In this document: one piece after another, positions 41,521 to 54,355 of the stretch
How positions within the stretch are numbered: position 1 is the first letter of the stretch
Layout: every line of letters begins with the position of its first letter
NCBI GenBank assembly: GCA_036172245.1
Contig: JAYWIR010000074.1
Location: 62,001-126,000 of the forward strand
From: Raillietiella orientalis
Lineage: Eukaryota
Direction: 5' to 3'
Length of the DNA stretch: 64,000 bases
Made by a program: the position numbers and the translations under genes
The notes under the pieces: model-generated
What the model saw: only the letters and a program-made list of their open reading frames with translations
The model's database searches: none
Told to the model about the DNA's origin: nothing

Positions 41521-43965
41521 TTATTACTTGGTTTCGCCGGGACGTTTATTCTTAATATCAACTGAGAACTGTGTTCCCAGGCAAGGGGAACTGAAAATGA
41601 AGAGTAGATTTCCCGACACGCAGGCCGGGTGCACTGAGATTTCGGAACGATAGGGGGTGGGACAATAGATAAATACATTGGGTAGGAGGGCGGGGATAGG
41701 GGTATACAGTCTATCCGTTCCTGTTCTCAGAACCATCGGTGAATGCCGCCGATCTCCGTCCTCACTTCTGCTTGCAGGTGTGGGAACCCGGCAGCCATTT
41801 GCAGGCTGCAGGCTGCGGTCTCGGGGACGAATGCTGGGACTGCTCGTATCTGCAATACGTGGCGGGCCCTGACAATGGCGCGGACGCAGCAGATGATTAC
41901 GACGATCGCTCCAAGAGAAAGTCCGCCACGCGTGTAGAAGCGGCGCATCCAATCCAGTGCGGTGTGTCCGGGGTGCAGGAACGCTAAAGACAGCCCCTGC
42001 CACAGATCCTGGAGGGCACTGCACTCAAACAGCAAATGCTGAAGCGATTCCACAGCTCCGCATTCGGCACAGTTCGGGGACCCAACTCTCCCGGAAATCA
42101 GGTGCGCCCGCTTGTTGCAGTACAAACCCCAATGCACCAGCAGAAAAGCGTCCTGCTTCCACCGAAGGGGGAACAGAGTCGCGTTTAAACACGCAGAAGG
42201 GACCACAAGTTCATCGGTGGGCACCCCGAGGAGCTCACTCCACCGGAGAAGTCCCTTGGCACGAAGGCGTAGTGTGGCAGCGTCTGGCACTTCGCAAGTC
42301 CGCCAGCCGCCCAGCAGTCGGGTATCGCCTGCGATATCGCAAGTGATCTCTCACCTCCCTGGCAGGTCACTGTCCTCTCGCACCATTAGTGCACACAGTG
42401 CTTCGGCGAGTGGCGTAGCGGATAACCGTGTCCACTGGTCCTGGTCTACCAGCACCTTTCCCACAGGACAGTATGGATAAAGATCAAGCAACGGAGTTCT
42501 AAACGGGACACATCCTGTTGCGCTGCCCAGGACGATAAGACTTCCTGCCTCCAGGCGTAGAAGTTCGTCGGCCGGCAGTAGATCCACTCATGCTTCCGCA
42601 GAAGCGTGGCGAGCCGCTTCTAAGGGAAGCCGAATCCTCTCTGGGCGCGCTCCGTGCGCAGATGAAACGAACGTAGCCCGTAGCCACCCGTGCAGCGCCG
42701 CAGCAGCAGCCGCGCTGCAGCACACCAGGGAGTAGTATAGAGCTGCGAACAAAGTGCCAGCATGCGGTACTGAACAAGCAGTCCGATTTGCTCCAGCGTC
42801 AGGATGCGAAATCCTGCATCCCGCCGAGGAGCCGCCAAGACCATCACACGTATCCTGGACCACGCCGGTCCCCACAGGGCGTTCCGCAACAGGCGTTGCG
42901 CCCGACGCTTAGCCAAGTAGGGAGAAGGTCAAACAAAAAAGAGGAGAAGGAGGAGGGGGCAACGAAAATGTTATACACGAAGGCCCGTTCCGACAGGAGA
43001 AACCTGCCGCCTTGGAATGGGCCAAGAGCAGTCTCGGACTACTGAAGGCAGTTCGAACACGCTTCTGCTGGACGCAAGGCGCCCAAGGGAACGCCGAGGT
43101 ACTTCATGCACCTGCCCGTGGGGAACCCTAGGCGTATATAGTCGGACTGAATCTCTCACGTAAATCCAACCGGTACAACGGTTGATTACGTCCTGTTGAA
43201 GCTCAGGCCCGCTCCCCGACGAATGAGCTCGAAGAAGTCCTCGAGCCTGGACGCCGGGGTGGACATGGGCAGCAGCAGGAGAAGGTCGTCAGCATAGGCG
43301 GCCACGGCCGATGTTCCCGGGCAGGAGCTCGGCAGGTTGGCCAGCGTCAGCCTGTACGCCCTCAGCACCAACTCAAAGAAGATGCTGAAGAGCAGGGGGC
43401 TTAAGCTGTCTCCCTGCCTGATACCCCGCCGTATGAAAATGCCGTACACGTGGTGCCCGTTGAAAGAGAGACAGCATAACGAGTGACGTCAGCAGGAGCG
43501 CAAGTAGGCGATGAGGTGCGTTGGGAGGCCTAGGCGTCGCAGAAGCTCCAGAAGGAGGTCCTGGTTTACACTGTCGAACGCTTTGCAGAGATCGACGGCG
43601 ACCGCTAAGGCTCCTGGCGTTCCATCGTGCCCTGTACACCGCCGCTTACCTTTGGCAGCGGCGATTTTGGCTGCCTGCCTCTGCTGCACCACGCGCTGCT
43701 GCAACTCGAACCATGTTCGCGCGAAAAAGAGATTCGCGTCCATGGGCCGCTTCGGAGAAGCATACGTCTGCTCGGGACTTACCAAGGACTCCGCGATTCT
43801 CCCCAGGCGCGCGACCCATAGCCTGGAGAACAACTTGACGTCCGAATTCACCAAGGTGATCGGACGCCTGTTGCTGAGGTGGCGCAAATCACCGCCTTTC
43901 GGCAGGAGTCGCACCTTTTCTGAGCGGAAAGAAGCGGGAACATCTCCCGTCTCACGCATCAGCGA
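41521..43965 (-). mobile_element. Element R (famF-like): RT to 3' end, inserted antisense into ORF1 of Q
   Basis: DLCKAFD, QGDSLSPLLF, YADD, CAECGAVESLQHLLFEC; degenerate terminal box ccaagtaataa at 41521-41531. Confidence 0.93.
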
Positions 43966-46895
43966 CGGTCGCGTACGGACGTGCTTTTGCGTCGCTCCGC
44001 GGTAGATTGGCTCTTGTGTGTTTTTGTTCTGCTGTGCTTCTGTGCTGCAATGGGAGCAAGGAAGAACATCAGCAGCAAGGGAACGCCACCTGCTCCTGAG
44101 ATGGCTGCTTCGGCTGCTAGCAAGGAGCCTCTGTCCTCGCCGACGGCGAAGACATTCGCTCAGGTCGCTGCCCTAGCGGCTACGATGGAACCTTCGTCCG
44201 AGAGCCCTGAGCTTCAGGCGTATGTAGCAAATGGCTACACGCCTGCACTCAGGTATAAGTTAAGTGTCCTTATGCCTGAGCGGGTTGGGCGCGAGTTTGG
44301 CCAGGAACCACAACGGATTGGAGTTCAAAAAGGCCAACTGGAGTCCATCATGCCCATGAGTGGGTGCGGATACTGGGAGGTGTCAAGTAAGGACGCTCTC
44401 CTTACGCAGCGTTTGCTGCACACGCCGCTGCTCATTCGTGGGCAGGAAATACTCCCTGTCACAACGGACCAGTCGTTCGTTGTCCGGCTCAGTGGGGTGT
44501 GTAAGGGCCTTTCGGACCGCCAGATCGTGGAGGCCCTTGAAAAATTCACTACCGTCCACGCGCTTTGGAGGCTGCCAAACCCTGCTGAAGGGTTCGAAAA
44601 CCACCACAGCGGGCTCGCGCAAGTGCGAGTGAGGATGACGGATCGCCGTGCAATGCCCACGCGACTGCAGGTGGATGGAATGACCGTCCGCCTGTGGTTT
44701 GCCGGGCAAACGCGTGTATGCCCGGAATGCGGGCAGGAGGGTCATTGCATTACGAAGTGTCCCTCGGCCACTTCTCGTTACTGCCACGAGCACGGGCACA
44801 CTAAAGGAACGTGCTCGGAGCTCCTTTTAAAAAACGAAAAGCGCAGGAACGAATCGCGTTCCGCATTGCGTAATAATCGCCGCGAATCGAGAGAAAGAAA
44901 CATCAAAGCTCCGAAAAGCGTTGCGAAAACCGCGACCACGCACGTGCAGAAAACTGTTTCTCGCCCCCACAAAGAAGGGGTGGAAAACACAAAAAAACTC
45001 GTCGCGGCAAAGCCTCCGGCTATCGACCCGAAGGAAGCTCGCGAAGAATGCGACCTTTCTACGAAACCTCGCAGCCAATTGTTGAATGCAGAAGACATTG
45101 TGTCGAAGGTCAAAAAGCCTCCTACTTTCGGCATCACGACCGCGAAGCCTCCTACCAAGGCCTCGACGAGCGGCGCAGAATGCGGTTGTTTGCCCGATAC
45201 GGGAAAAACGCGCCCGCGAGCAAAGAACACCGCGCTGTCTGAAGCTACCGCGGCCAAGGTGCCCCAGGCGCCGAATGCTGCGAAGAAACAGCCGGCAAAC
45301 CCGCAGTACTCGCGCGCTGATGCAGCGCCTACTGCGTCCAAGGAAGAAACTGCTAGGGCGAGCACAACCGTTACAGCAGTGCCCCCAACGGTCGCAAAGG
45401 CAACGCGCGAACCCTCCTATCTGGAAGAGGCAGCGCCTCTCGCGATCGCTAAAGTTGTTGCTCACGCCTGCGTGGAGGCAGCACTCCAAGAGGCAGCCAA
45501 GGCAACGCCTCTCACATCCGTGGAAGCAGCGCCATCTCAGGATGGCAAAGATAACTGCGACGCGAAGGAAGACGGCTGGATGCAGGTGAGAAAGATCATT
45601 AAAAAGAAACCAACCAGGTCTTCGCAGCTCTGTGTAAAGGCGAGTGGGCAAAAGCAACCAGCGAAAGCATTCCAGAAAAAGATTGCGATTCTTTCCCCTG
45701 CGCAGTCGTCCTCTGGAGGATGGAGCGGGAAGCTGCTGCAGGGGCTAAAAGGACGAAAGTCCCAGCCGCAGTAGCAGAAAGCGCTAGAAAACATGCAGCG
45801 AACGATTTCCCTAATTTAGGGAAACAGCAGCAGCGCCTGGCAAGCCCTCGACTGTCGGATTCTGATCCAGAGTTCGCCAGAAAGAGCACACAGAGCGACA
45901 ACCGCCCGAAACCGCGCAATCGCCACCCAAAGACCCGCAAGTGCGTGGTTGCCGAAGAGGAACAGTTGCTAAGGAGCAAAGAGGAGAAAAAGGACCTCAC
46001 CTCTGAGCTACCGGCAAAAAGCAGTGCGGCTTCGAATGGAGATGTCCAGTCTCCGAGATCGACCGCTCTGTCTCTTGACCACTCTCCGGACAAGGCAAGA
46101 AATCTGTGCTCACCTTCAAAGCCTTAATGCAGGAAGTCGCCTCTTTTCGTCGATTCAGCGTAGCCTGCTGGAACGTCAATCGGCTGCGCAGGGACGAAAA
46201 GAGGCGCGACGTGTCAGACACCCTGCGACATTTCGATTTGGCGATCCTTCAGGAGATGCATTACATATCCGATGCGGAGGTAGCGGAAATCGAACAGCGC
46301 GCGGATGGCACCCTGTACTAGCGAAAAGGTACTGCACAATCGTGCGGAGTCGGTTTCCTCGTCAATAGAAGGATGGCGGGAGCGGTGCGCAGCGTTCGAT
46401 TCGACCAGGAAGGGCGAATGGGCCAACTTGTACTCAAGTGGTCAGATTCAATCGACCTCGTCGTAACGAACGTCTACGCGCCGAGCGGTTTTCATCGGCG
46501 TGTCGAAAGAATCGAGTTCTTCGACGTGCTGGAGAGCCAATGGCTCAGAAACTCCGAAGTCAGAGTGGCGCATCTCGTCGCTGGAGACTTCAACGTCCAC
46601 CTTCTTTCCAACGAGACGCGGTCCCTGGCGGAACGGTCGCGGGTGGAAGAGGCATGCGCGTCGGTGCGCGCGCGTAACTTGGAAGCCGGCGAGCCTGGAC
46701 TGGAAAGGTGCGTGGATCACCTCTACCTCGATTAACACCTACTCTCTCCAGTGGGAAGGAGAGGCAGGGTGCCGTCCACGTTATCGGACCATGATAGGCC
46801 GGAGTTCGAGCTACTCCCGCCTGGCAAAAGACCTCCAAACATTGTTTGGAGGATACCGGCAATTTCTCTGAGTCACTCGGAAGCGGCGAAGCATC
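43966..46895 (+). mobile_element. Element J: 5' half of a LINE (leader, long ORF1, APE)
   Basis: ggacgtgctttt at 43977; ORF1 from ATG 44050 with CPECGQEGHCITKC; TAATG at 46125-46129; APE WNVN, QE, NVYAP, GDFN, VDH, SDH. Confidence 0.93.
44050..46127 (+). pseudogene. ORF1 of element J (zinc knuckles, long Lys/Ala/Pro-rich tail), frameshift near 45730
   Basis: ORFs 43981..45774 and 45720..46127; stop overlaps the ORF2 ATG. Confidence 0.85.
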
Positions 46896-48420
46896 TTCGC
46901 GGCCCCCCTCTTTCGCCCCTTACTTTTTGTTTGCCCCGCCCCTCCCATCATACAGAGACGGACCAAAGCCCTCTTGAGGACTGCCCTTTAAGGCACAGCG
47001 AGGTCGCGATTCCGATTGAAAGACTTGTGCGCTTAACGCAGGGATGGTAACTTGGGCCACCTTCAGTTGGAGCGCATCCAACTACAAACAACACTTCGAA
47101 AGTTAGCCCTAGCAGCTAGCTTATGGCTGACGCCATGTTGCGATCGGGCACGGCTCCCCGCCAGAAGAGCGACCGGTTGCGAAGGATTGTCCTCGATTCT
47201 CGTGACCTACCAGCGCAGCCTCTCCAAATGTGGACCCGATTTACGACAGATGGTCGCCCTATTAAGGAAGAATACCTGGATCTCCTGCTTCTCCGCGAAC
47301 TGCACTGCCTGGCTTCAGGAGTCAGCTTCCGCGTGGGCTAAGATCAACGGCACGAGTTAGGCGGAATACAACTGCCTACGACGAGGACCGTACGCTCGAC
47401 AGCCGCTGCAGAAGATTATCAACACGCCCCGGAACTTTCTGTGGGCTTCTTTCAGCCCCCTTGCCCCCGTTTTGTCCTTCCTAAAAAACACTAGGAGCAG
47501 CAACGAGCGGGCATCGTGAGAAGTGTTCTGCCTCATCCGAGGCAGGAAAAATCCTTTAAAGGCGTGGACGACTCGGGAGCTCACGGACGCTGCCACCCCG
47601 AGCGTCCCGCCTCACGGACTTGCGCGCTGGGGAGAGCTGCTCGCAATACCTCCGGAGGAGGTGAAGTGGCCCCCAGAGTGTTGGGATTGCGGCACACTTC
47701 CGTTTTAGCAGCAGGAGACGGCGTTGCTATTTCTGCACTGGGGACTGTTAAGCAGAGCACGCCTGTCGCACTGGACACTGGGGAATGTGGATGCCCGCTG
47801 TGTCGAGTGCGGAGAAAGAGAAACCTTCCCGTATCTCACCCTCGAGTGTGTCGCCCTGGATGGACTCTAGATTTGAATGGCCCCAATCCTCCATCTTCCA
47901 GTAGACGACCCTAAGGAAATTTACCGTCGCCTCTTTCTGCGTGACGGCCTGCGCCCCGCTGCGTCTCTAACAGTCCTCTGCTGCGTGCGCGGCATCGTGC
48001 AAAGGTGGCACGTCAGAAGAAGAGGCTCAAGATGCAGGGACGCCATCCTCTAGACGACGATCTCTTTAGAGACGGCGACAAGGTGGCGTCTACCTTTCAC
48101 AATAAAACCCGAACTTGACTGCATCCTTGACAGGATGCGGAGGAACGAGCCAGTCGCCCAGTGATCCCTTCCCTGCCCCCCCCCCTCCCCATTTAACTGT
48201 TTCCCTCCCCGTTATCTCTCTTTTTGTTTGTTTTTGTTCTAGTTTTCCCTTCCCATGCGCCTCGGGAATGGACCTAACTGGTCTATGCACCGGCAACCGA
48301 CACGTCGAGCAAGGTGGGACAACCCAGTGTTTCCCCACAGAAAACATCTTTTTAAAGAATTTTTATCTAATTTTTGTAAAAAATTAGAATGTTAAATGCC
48401 CCGGCATATCCGGGTGACAA
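46896..48420 (+). mobile_element. Element A4 (famA): 3' part of a LINE, possibly the 3' end of J after an internal deletion
   Basis: Homologous to A and A3; joined to J through ttcgcg microhomology; terminal box ccgggtgacaa 48410-48420. Confidence 0.9.
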
Positions 48421-51013
48421 ACTCCGGATGCAATTGTTGTGAGCTCCGTGGATAGGGAGTTTTTTGTCTGGAGTTTCGTGTGTGTTTCGCGGCCGTTGAC
48501 AGGCAGAAACGCCTGTGAACGCCGCAGTTTTAGGTGAGGGATGCGGAAAGACCGCGTCTCCCAAGCCAAAGGAGGTGGGATCACGTCCAATTACTACTTC
48601 TGTACCCGCCACTACGGCGAGGGCCTGGAGTGCGTTGGCAGCGGCGGAAGCGCCCGATGTCTCCGCCGAAATCCAATCCTACATCCAGGAGGGCTACAAT
48701 CCGGAACTCCTGTACAAGGTAGGAAATTTATATCCCCCGTTAAGGGCGCGAAAGTTCGGCAATGCCATCAAAAAGATGGGCATTACCGACCATGAAATTC
48801 TTTGCCTGTCAATACGAAGCGGAGGGCAGTTGGCAGAGCTTATCTGCAAGGATCCAGCTCTTACCCACAAGATGCTCTGCACGCCCGTACAATTTGAGGG
48901 CAGGAAATTACTCCCACACACGGTGGATTACTCCATTGTGGTCCACATAACTGGGAGAACAGTGCGGATGGAAGAGAACGCCATCCGCGCTGAACTGGAA
49001 AAATTCGCTAGCATTTACGCGATTTGGAGAAAGCCCAACACCTTCAGAGTGACTGGTGCATTTAGTGGGCGAGTAGGCGCGCGCGTGACGCTTCGAAAAA
49101 GCGTACAGCTTCCCCACAAGCTCTAAATTGTCAACGAGTTCGTCGACATTTGGTTTGTGGGGAAACCTAAATTTTGTGGAAACTGTAAGTCGTTCGGGCA
49201 TTTGAAAAAGCGGTGCCCGGACGCGGTTTGCCCAACGTGCGGCGCGAAGGGCCACACCAAAGTGGTGTGCCCGATTAACGTCGCTCCAATGCCGGAACTT
49301 CCGCAAAAGAAGGAAGGGAAGGCAAAAATAGTGATAAACCCCATAAAAGGGGATCAGACGTCGGCTCCGACAAAAGTCGCGCAGCAGGAAAGGGACTCGG
49401 TACAGGAGCTCCCGGAAAAGACTGCCGACGAGGAAGGCTGGCAGCTGATCACCCGTAAAATAAAAATCATTAAAAAAACCGCGCCCGCACCGGCGAAAGT
49501 GGTGAAGGGCAAGTTGAAGATCGCGCCACGCCCAACAATCAAAGCGTGCAGCGTGGCCATGAAACGCGTGCCGGCGATTGATACTCGCTCTGCTGACGGA
49601 TCGTTGCGATGTCAGGTCATGTCAGCTGTTCAACCCGTCGCCGCGCGAACGCTGACGCCTCGACAAAGTCGTCAGCCCATCTTGAGAAGCGACGACCGCG
49701 ACTTCAATAAGGCAGCGGAAGAGTTGGCAGCCATGCTCCAGCAACCTCCCAAGGCCGAGAACAAGACCTTGAGGCGTCGGGCTTTCGCGAAAGGACCGGA
49801 GACTTCCGAGTCCGAAGCCGAAGCCGGCAATGGTATGCCTGTCGCTCTAACGAAACGCAAAGCGGGCTGCAAGGTAGGCAACCCGCGGCGCTCCACACAT
49901 CCACCGGCGGAAGAGGAAATGCGGTCGGACCACGACGACAAGGAGGCGATGTCCGCGAGGTCTCGCCGCTCCTCGCCGGAGACGGCTTTGGCCAAGCAGG
50001 ATCCTCCAACTACCACCACAACCACCGACGGACCGCCTCCTTGCGAGAAACATCCCGTCGCAATGCACACAATACTCCCGCCTGCTGAACAGCAGGCGGA
50101 GGACGGTAAGCAAACACCATAAACACACCAACGCGTGGACTCTCCTCCTGCCGGCGACTGCGCGTAATCTGTTGGAACGTCAACGGGTTGCCCGACGACG
50201 GCAAGAGAAGAGAAGTGGCCGCCAGCCTGCGGGACTTCGATCTGGCGCTTCTGCAGGAGACGCACGTGCTCCACGCAGAGGACGCCCAGGAAATCGAACG
50301 GACCGCAGGCGGGCGGCTCATATACGAGAACGGGAGAGACCGCACCCGCGGTGTGGCTTTCATGCTGAAGAAAAACGTCGTTAATGCGCTGCGCGACGTG
50401 CACTTCGACGGGGTTGGTCGAATCGGGCAACTTGTTCCCAAGTGGTCCGACGCGATCGACCTCGTCGTAACCAAAGTTTACGCGCCCGGCACGAGCCACA
50501 GGCGCGGGGAACGCACTGCGTTCTTCGAAGGCCTGCGGCGAGATTGGCTGGCCGAAGCAGACATGCGAAAGGCGCACCTCATTCCCGGGGAATTTAACGT
50601 CCGCCTGCTGGCAGGTGCGCCCGACATTCGCGCACAGCTGGTCAACGAGATGTGCGCTGCCATGCACGCGCGCAACTTGTTGGCCGGTGACACCGGGACG
50701 GAGACGAGGATCGACCACATGTTCCTCGACAACCACCTGTGTTCGCGGGTGCGAAATCGAAGGGTAGTGCCAATTGAACTTTACGACCATCCACGGCTCG
50801 TGCTAGAAAAACACCCGCGCGGTAGAGGTCCACCCTCCACAGCATGGCGTTTTCCAAGGGACTAATTGCGCCTCGCAGGAGCAGCGCAACATCTTCGCTC
50901 GTTCCTGCAAGGCTTCCATCTGCAGTCGCTCGCGGACTGGAACGACTTGAAGAGCAGAGTCCGCGAGTTCTGCCACCAGTTTCCCCTGAACCGTCTTCCT
51001 CCAGGTTTCGGCG
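48421..51013 (+). mobile_element. Element K (famE): 5' half of a LINE, cut at LPPGFG by element L
   Basis: ORF1 48515..50122 with knuckles; APE 50188..50865; homologous to E. Confidence 0.94.
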
Positions 51014-54000
51014 TTGTCACCCGGGTACCCCCGGGGCATTTATTTGTAAACTTTACATGCGTGGTACGAGGCCCCACCACGGCCGTAAACAGAGGACCTG
51101 TCGGGACACCGGGACGCAGCTCGGCGTGGCACTCCCCGACAGCGAAGGGAGTTGTGGATAAGACAAAAAGAAAAATAAAAAGAAACAAACAAAAGCAAGT
51201 TGGAGGGCAGGGAAAAGATCACTGGTCGCTGTGAGGAAAGTCCATATGTCGAACGAAGCCCTTGAGGTCTGTCTGCATATTCCCCAGTTAAGGCCATTCG
51301 GCAGCTCTTCGCAAGAAGCGTTGGGCATACGGGATGACATCCCTTGCATGTGGACCCACTCTTACGTTGTTGGCATCCCTCCATGCCGCCACGATGCCAC
51401 CGACGCAGCACAAGGCTGCGATGGCTGCGGCTGGCTGCAGTGCGTCCTTCACGAAGAGAAGTCGAAGAACGTCTCTGGGGGTGCTGCCCGTAGGGAGCCC
51501 GAGGGTCGTCCCGAACCGTTCCCAAAGGGGTCGGAGGGCAGCACAATCCACAATAATTTGGGGAAGCGACTCCCGCTCCCCGCACCTTGCACACGCAGCA
51601 TCCACAGCTCCCCTCGTCAAGTGGAAGCGGCGCGGATTGCAGGGTAGACCCCAGTGCAACAAAAGCAACGCCGACTCTTACCACTTGAGGGGCAGGATCC
51701 TGGATTCTTTCATCACCGGGGCTACTTCAGCTCATCTCTGGGGATGGCGAGCAGCTCGTCCCATATTACTAATCCTTGCGGCTGGACGCTTGGGGTCTTG
51801 GCGTCGGTCAGTTCTCCTGTTGTCCAGACGCTAATCAACTTCTCGCGTCCCTCGATGCAGCAGGAGACTTGCCACCTTGGCGTCCGGCTGCTGTGAAGTG
51901 CTCTCCTCAGGAAGGGCAGCGCCGTAGCTAGGCAGGTTGTCTCTGCCCACGTGCATCTTGCTAGACTCTCCAGGAGATTCCCCAGAATGCAGCGGACGTA
52001 GGAACTGCATTGGAGACGATTAGAAGTTTCGTGGCTCCTCCGATTAACCACTGCCCACGTTCCAATATTCTCCTCCAGCCAGGCGGGACAGTTGGCAGGG
52101 CAGCAAACCATCCACCTGTTCTCCTTGGCCAATGTTGCCATGCGTCCGAGCACTAGGCCGCATCTTCGCGTCTTCCGGCCACGGCTCAGAAGAAAATACG
52201 CAAGTCCATCGCACCACGACAACCGGCTGGCCAGGAGGCTGGCCGGAGTGCACCAAGGGGTGCTCCACATCTTCGCTGCGATGTCGAGGGTTAGCCACCG
52301 CAGCTGCTTCTCCACGCGCTCCAGAGTCAGGACGCCAAGACCGCCGTCCCGACGCGGTGCGCACAAGTCCTTCAGAGGGACTCGGGGCCTCCTCTTGCCC
52401 CAAAGGGCGATACGGAGGAGGTTCTTTGTCCTCTTCTTCGATTCCACGGTGAAGGGGGCAAACAAAAAGCAAGAAGCGGAGGATGAAGGCCGCGAAGGCG
52501 TTCAAAACCGCGGCTTATTCCAACAAGTGAAACTTGCCTTCCAGGAACGGGCCGATCGCCGTCTCGACTTTTTGGAGCCAGCTGGACCACGCTTCTGCAG
52601 GGGAGTAGTCCCCCAAGGGCACACCAAGGTACTTCAAGCACCTCGCCGTGGGGATCCCCTGACGGACCCAGTCCTGCAGCCCGGCCCACGTTGCACCTAT
52701 TGGCACAACCGACGACTTCGCCCTGTTAACCTAGAGTCCGGTCCCGCGGCTGAGCAGATCGAAGAAGTCTCCGACTGCCTTTGCCGTGGTGGACATAGGC
52801 AACAAGAGCAGAAGATCGTCGGCGTACCCAGCTACTACAGGCGTGCCTGGGCACGAGCTCGGCAAGGGGGTTAAAGTCACCCTGTGCGCTCTCAGCACCA
52901 ACTCAAAGTAGGTGCTGAAGAGCAGGGGGCTGAGGCTACCTCCCTGCCTTATGCACCGCTGCACCGGCACGCTATACACCTTGTGACCGCTGAAAAAGAC
53001 GGTAATCATCGCATTCCATTAGCGAGAGCGCAGGTAGGAAATCAGGGAGAGTGGAAACCCCATGCGACCCAAAAGCTCCAAGAGGAGTTCCTGGTCTACA
53101 CAGTCGAACGCCTTGTGGAGATCGGCTGCAAGCGCTAGGGCCCCATTCCCCGTCCAGGGGTATCTTAACAGCCCATCTGGCGGCCCCAATGTTGGGTTGT
53201 CGACTCTCCCTATCCCTTTCTTCTCTCCTCTCTGCATGTGCACCCATGTGCTTGCGAAGAAGTGGTTGGAATGAATACTTCGCCCGAGAACAGCATAAGT
53301 CTGCTCCGGGCTAATTACGGATTCTGCCACCTGCCCCAGACGCGAAGCCCATAGCCCTGCTATCAACTTGGTGTCCGTATTCACGATCGTGATCGAATTC
53401 CAGTTCTTTAAATCCCTGAGGTCTTCCCCTTTCGGAAGGAGCCTCACTCTGGCTGACCGAAACGAGGCGGGAAGATCGCCTTCGTCTCGGCTCAGCCTCA
53501 TCAACTTAAGCAGCAGGGGTGCCAGCTGTTCCGCGAAGCTCTGAAAGAACTCCGCGGGCAACCTATCTTCCCCTGGAGCTTTACGCCTCTTCAGCCTTTT
53601 GATACCGGCGAGAATTTCGCCGGTGGTAAAAGGCTCGTCGAGGCTTTCCATCTCCTCCTCCCCTATTGCCGGGGCGCCATCCGGAAGCAAGCGCTGAGAG
53701 GCGTCTCGATCCGGGGGCTCCCTGGCGTAAACGGAGGAATAGAAACTCCGCACGAGATGCCGTACCGACGCCGGGGACGAACATTCCCGGCCCTGGTGGT
53801 CCAGCAAGCTGGCCGACTTGGATTGCCAGGCTTGGCGTTCGGCCCCGGCGCGGTACTCGGCCAGGCGACGGACATTAGGGGTTCTTTCGTACCAATGAGC
53901 CTGTAAATTGGCCCGATGGTTGCAAGGATCCTTGCCGAATCAGGCAAGCAAGTGTTTTAGGGGGAGCTGCTCCCAGAACTCCCGGACCGAGGCCTTAAAA

Positions 54001-54355
54001 AGGGCCAGAACCGTAAGATTCTGGAGCGTGACGCCTCTCAGAATTTGCAAAGGTGTTCCTTCGCATCTGACAGTCGCTTTTAGTCCCCCGAAAGACGCCA
54101 ATCCCTAAATAACGGTCCCTTGTCGCGAGGCCGCATCTCGGAAATTAGCCAAGAATGGTGCGACAGCGTCGACGCAATCTTCCTACATTTGCCGACCCGT
54201 GAACATAGGTCAGCTACGGGGAAGAGTGTGGTCGATGCTGCAGTCCATTCACCTCTCTCCCTCGAACAAGTTGCGCGCACGCATGGAGGCGCACAACTCG
54301 TTCATCGCGTTCTCTTGTGTTTCTGGCTCACCTGTTAGCAGACGGAGATTGAAAT
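51014..54355 (-). mobile_element. Element L (famC): ORF2 from APE (D)FN to 3' end
   Basis: ORF 53019..53807 (KAPGEDR, DLHKAFD), YADD, zinc finger; terminal box 51014-51024; closely similar to C. Confidence 0.95.
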
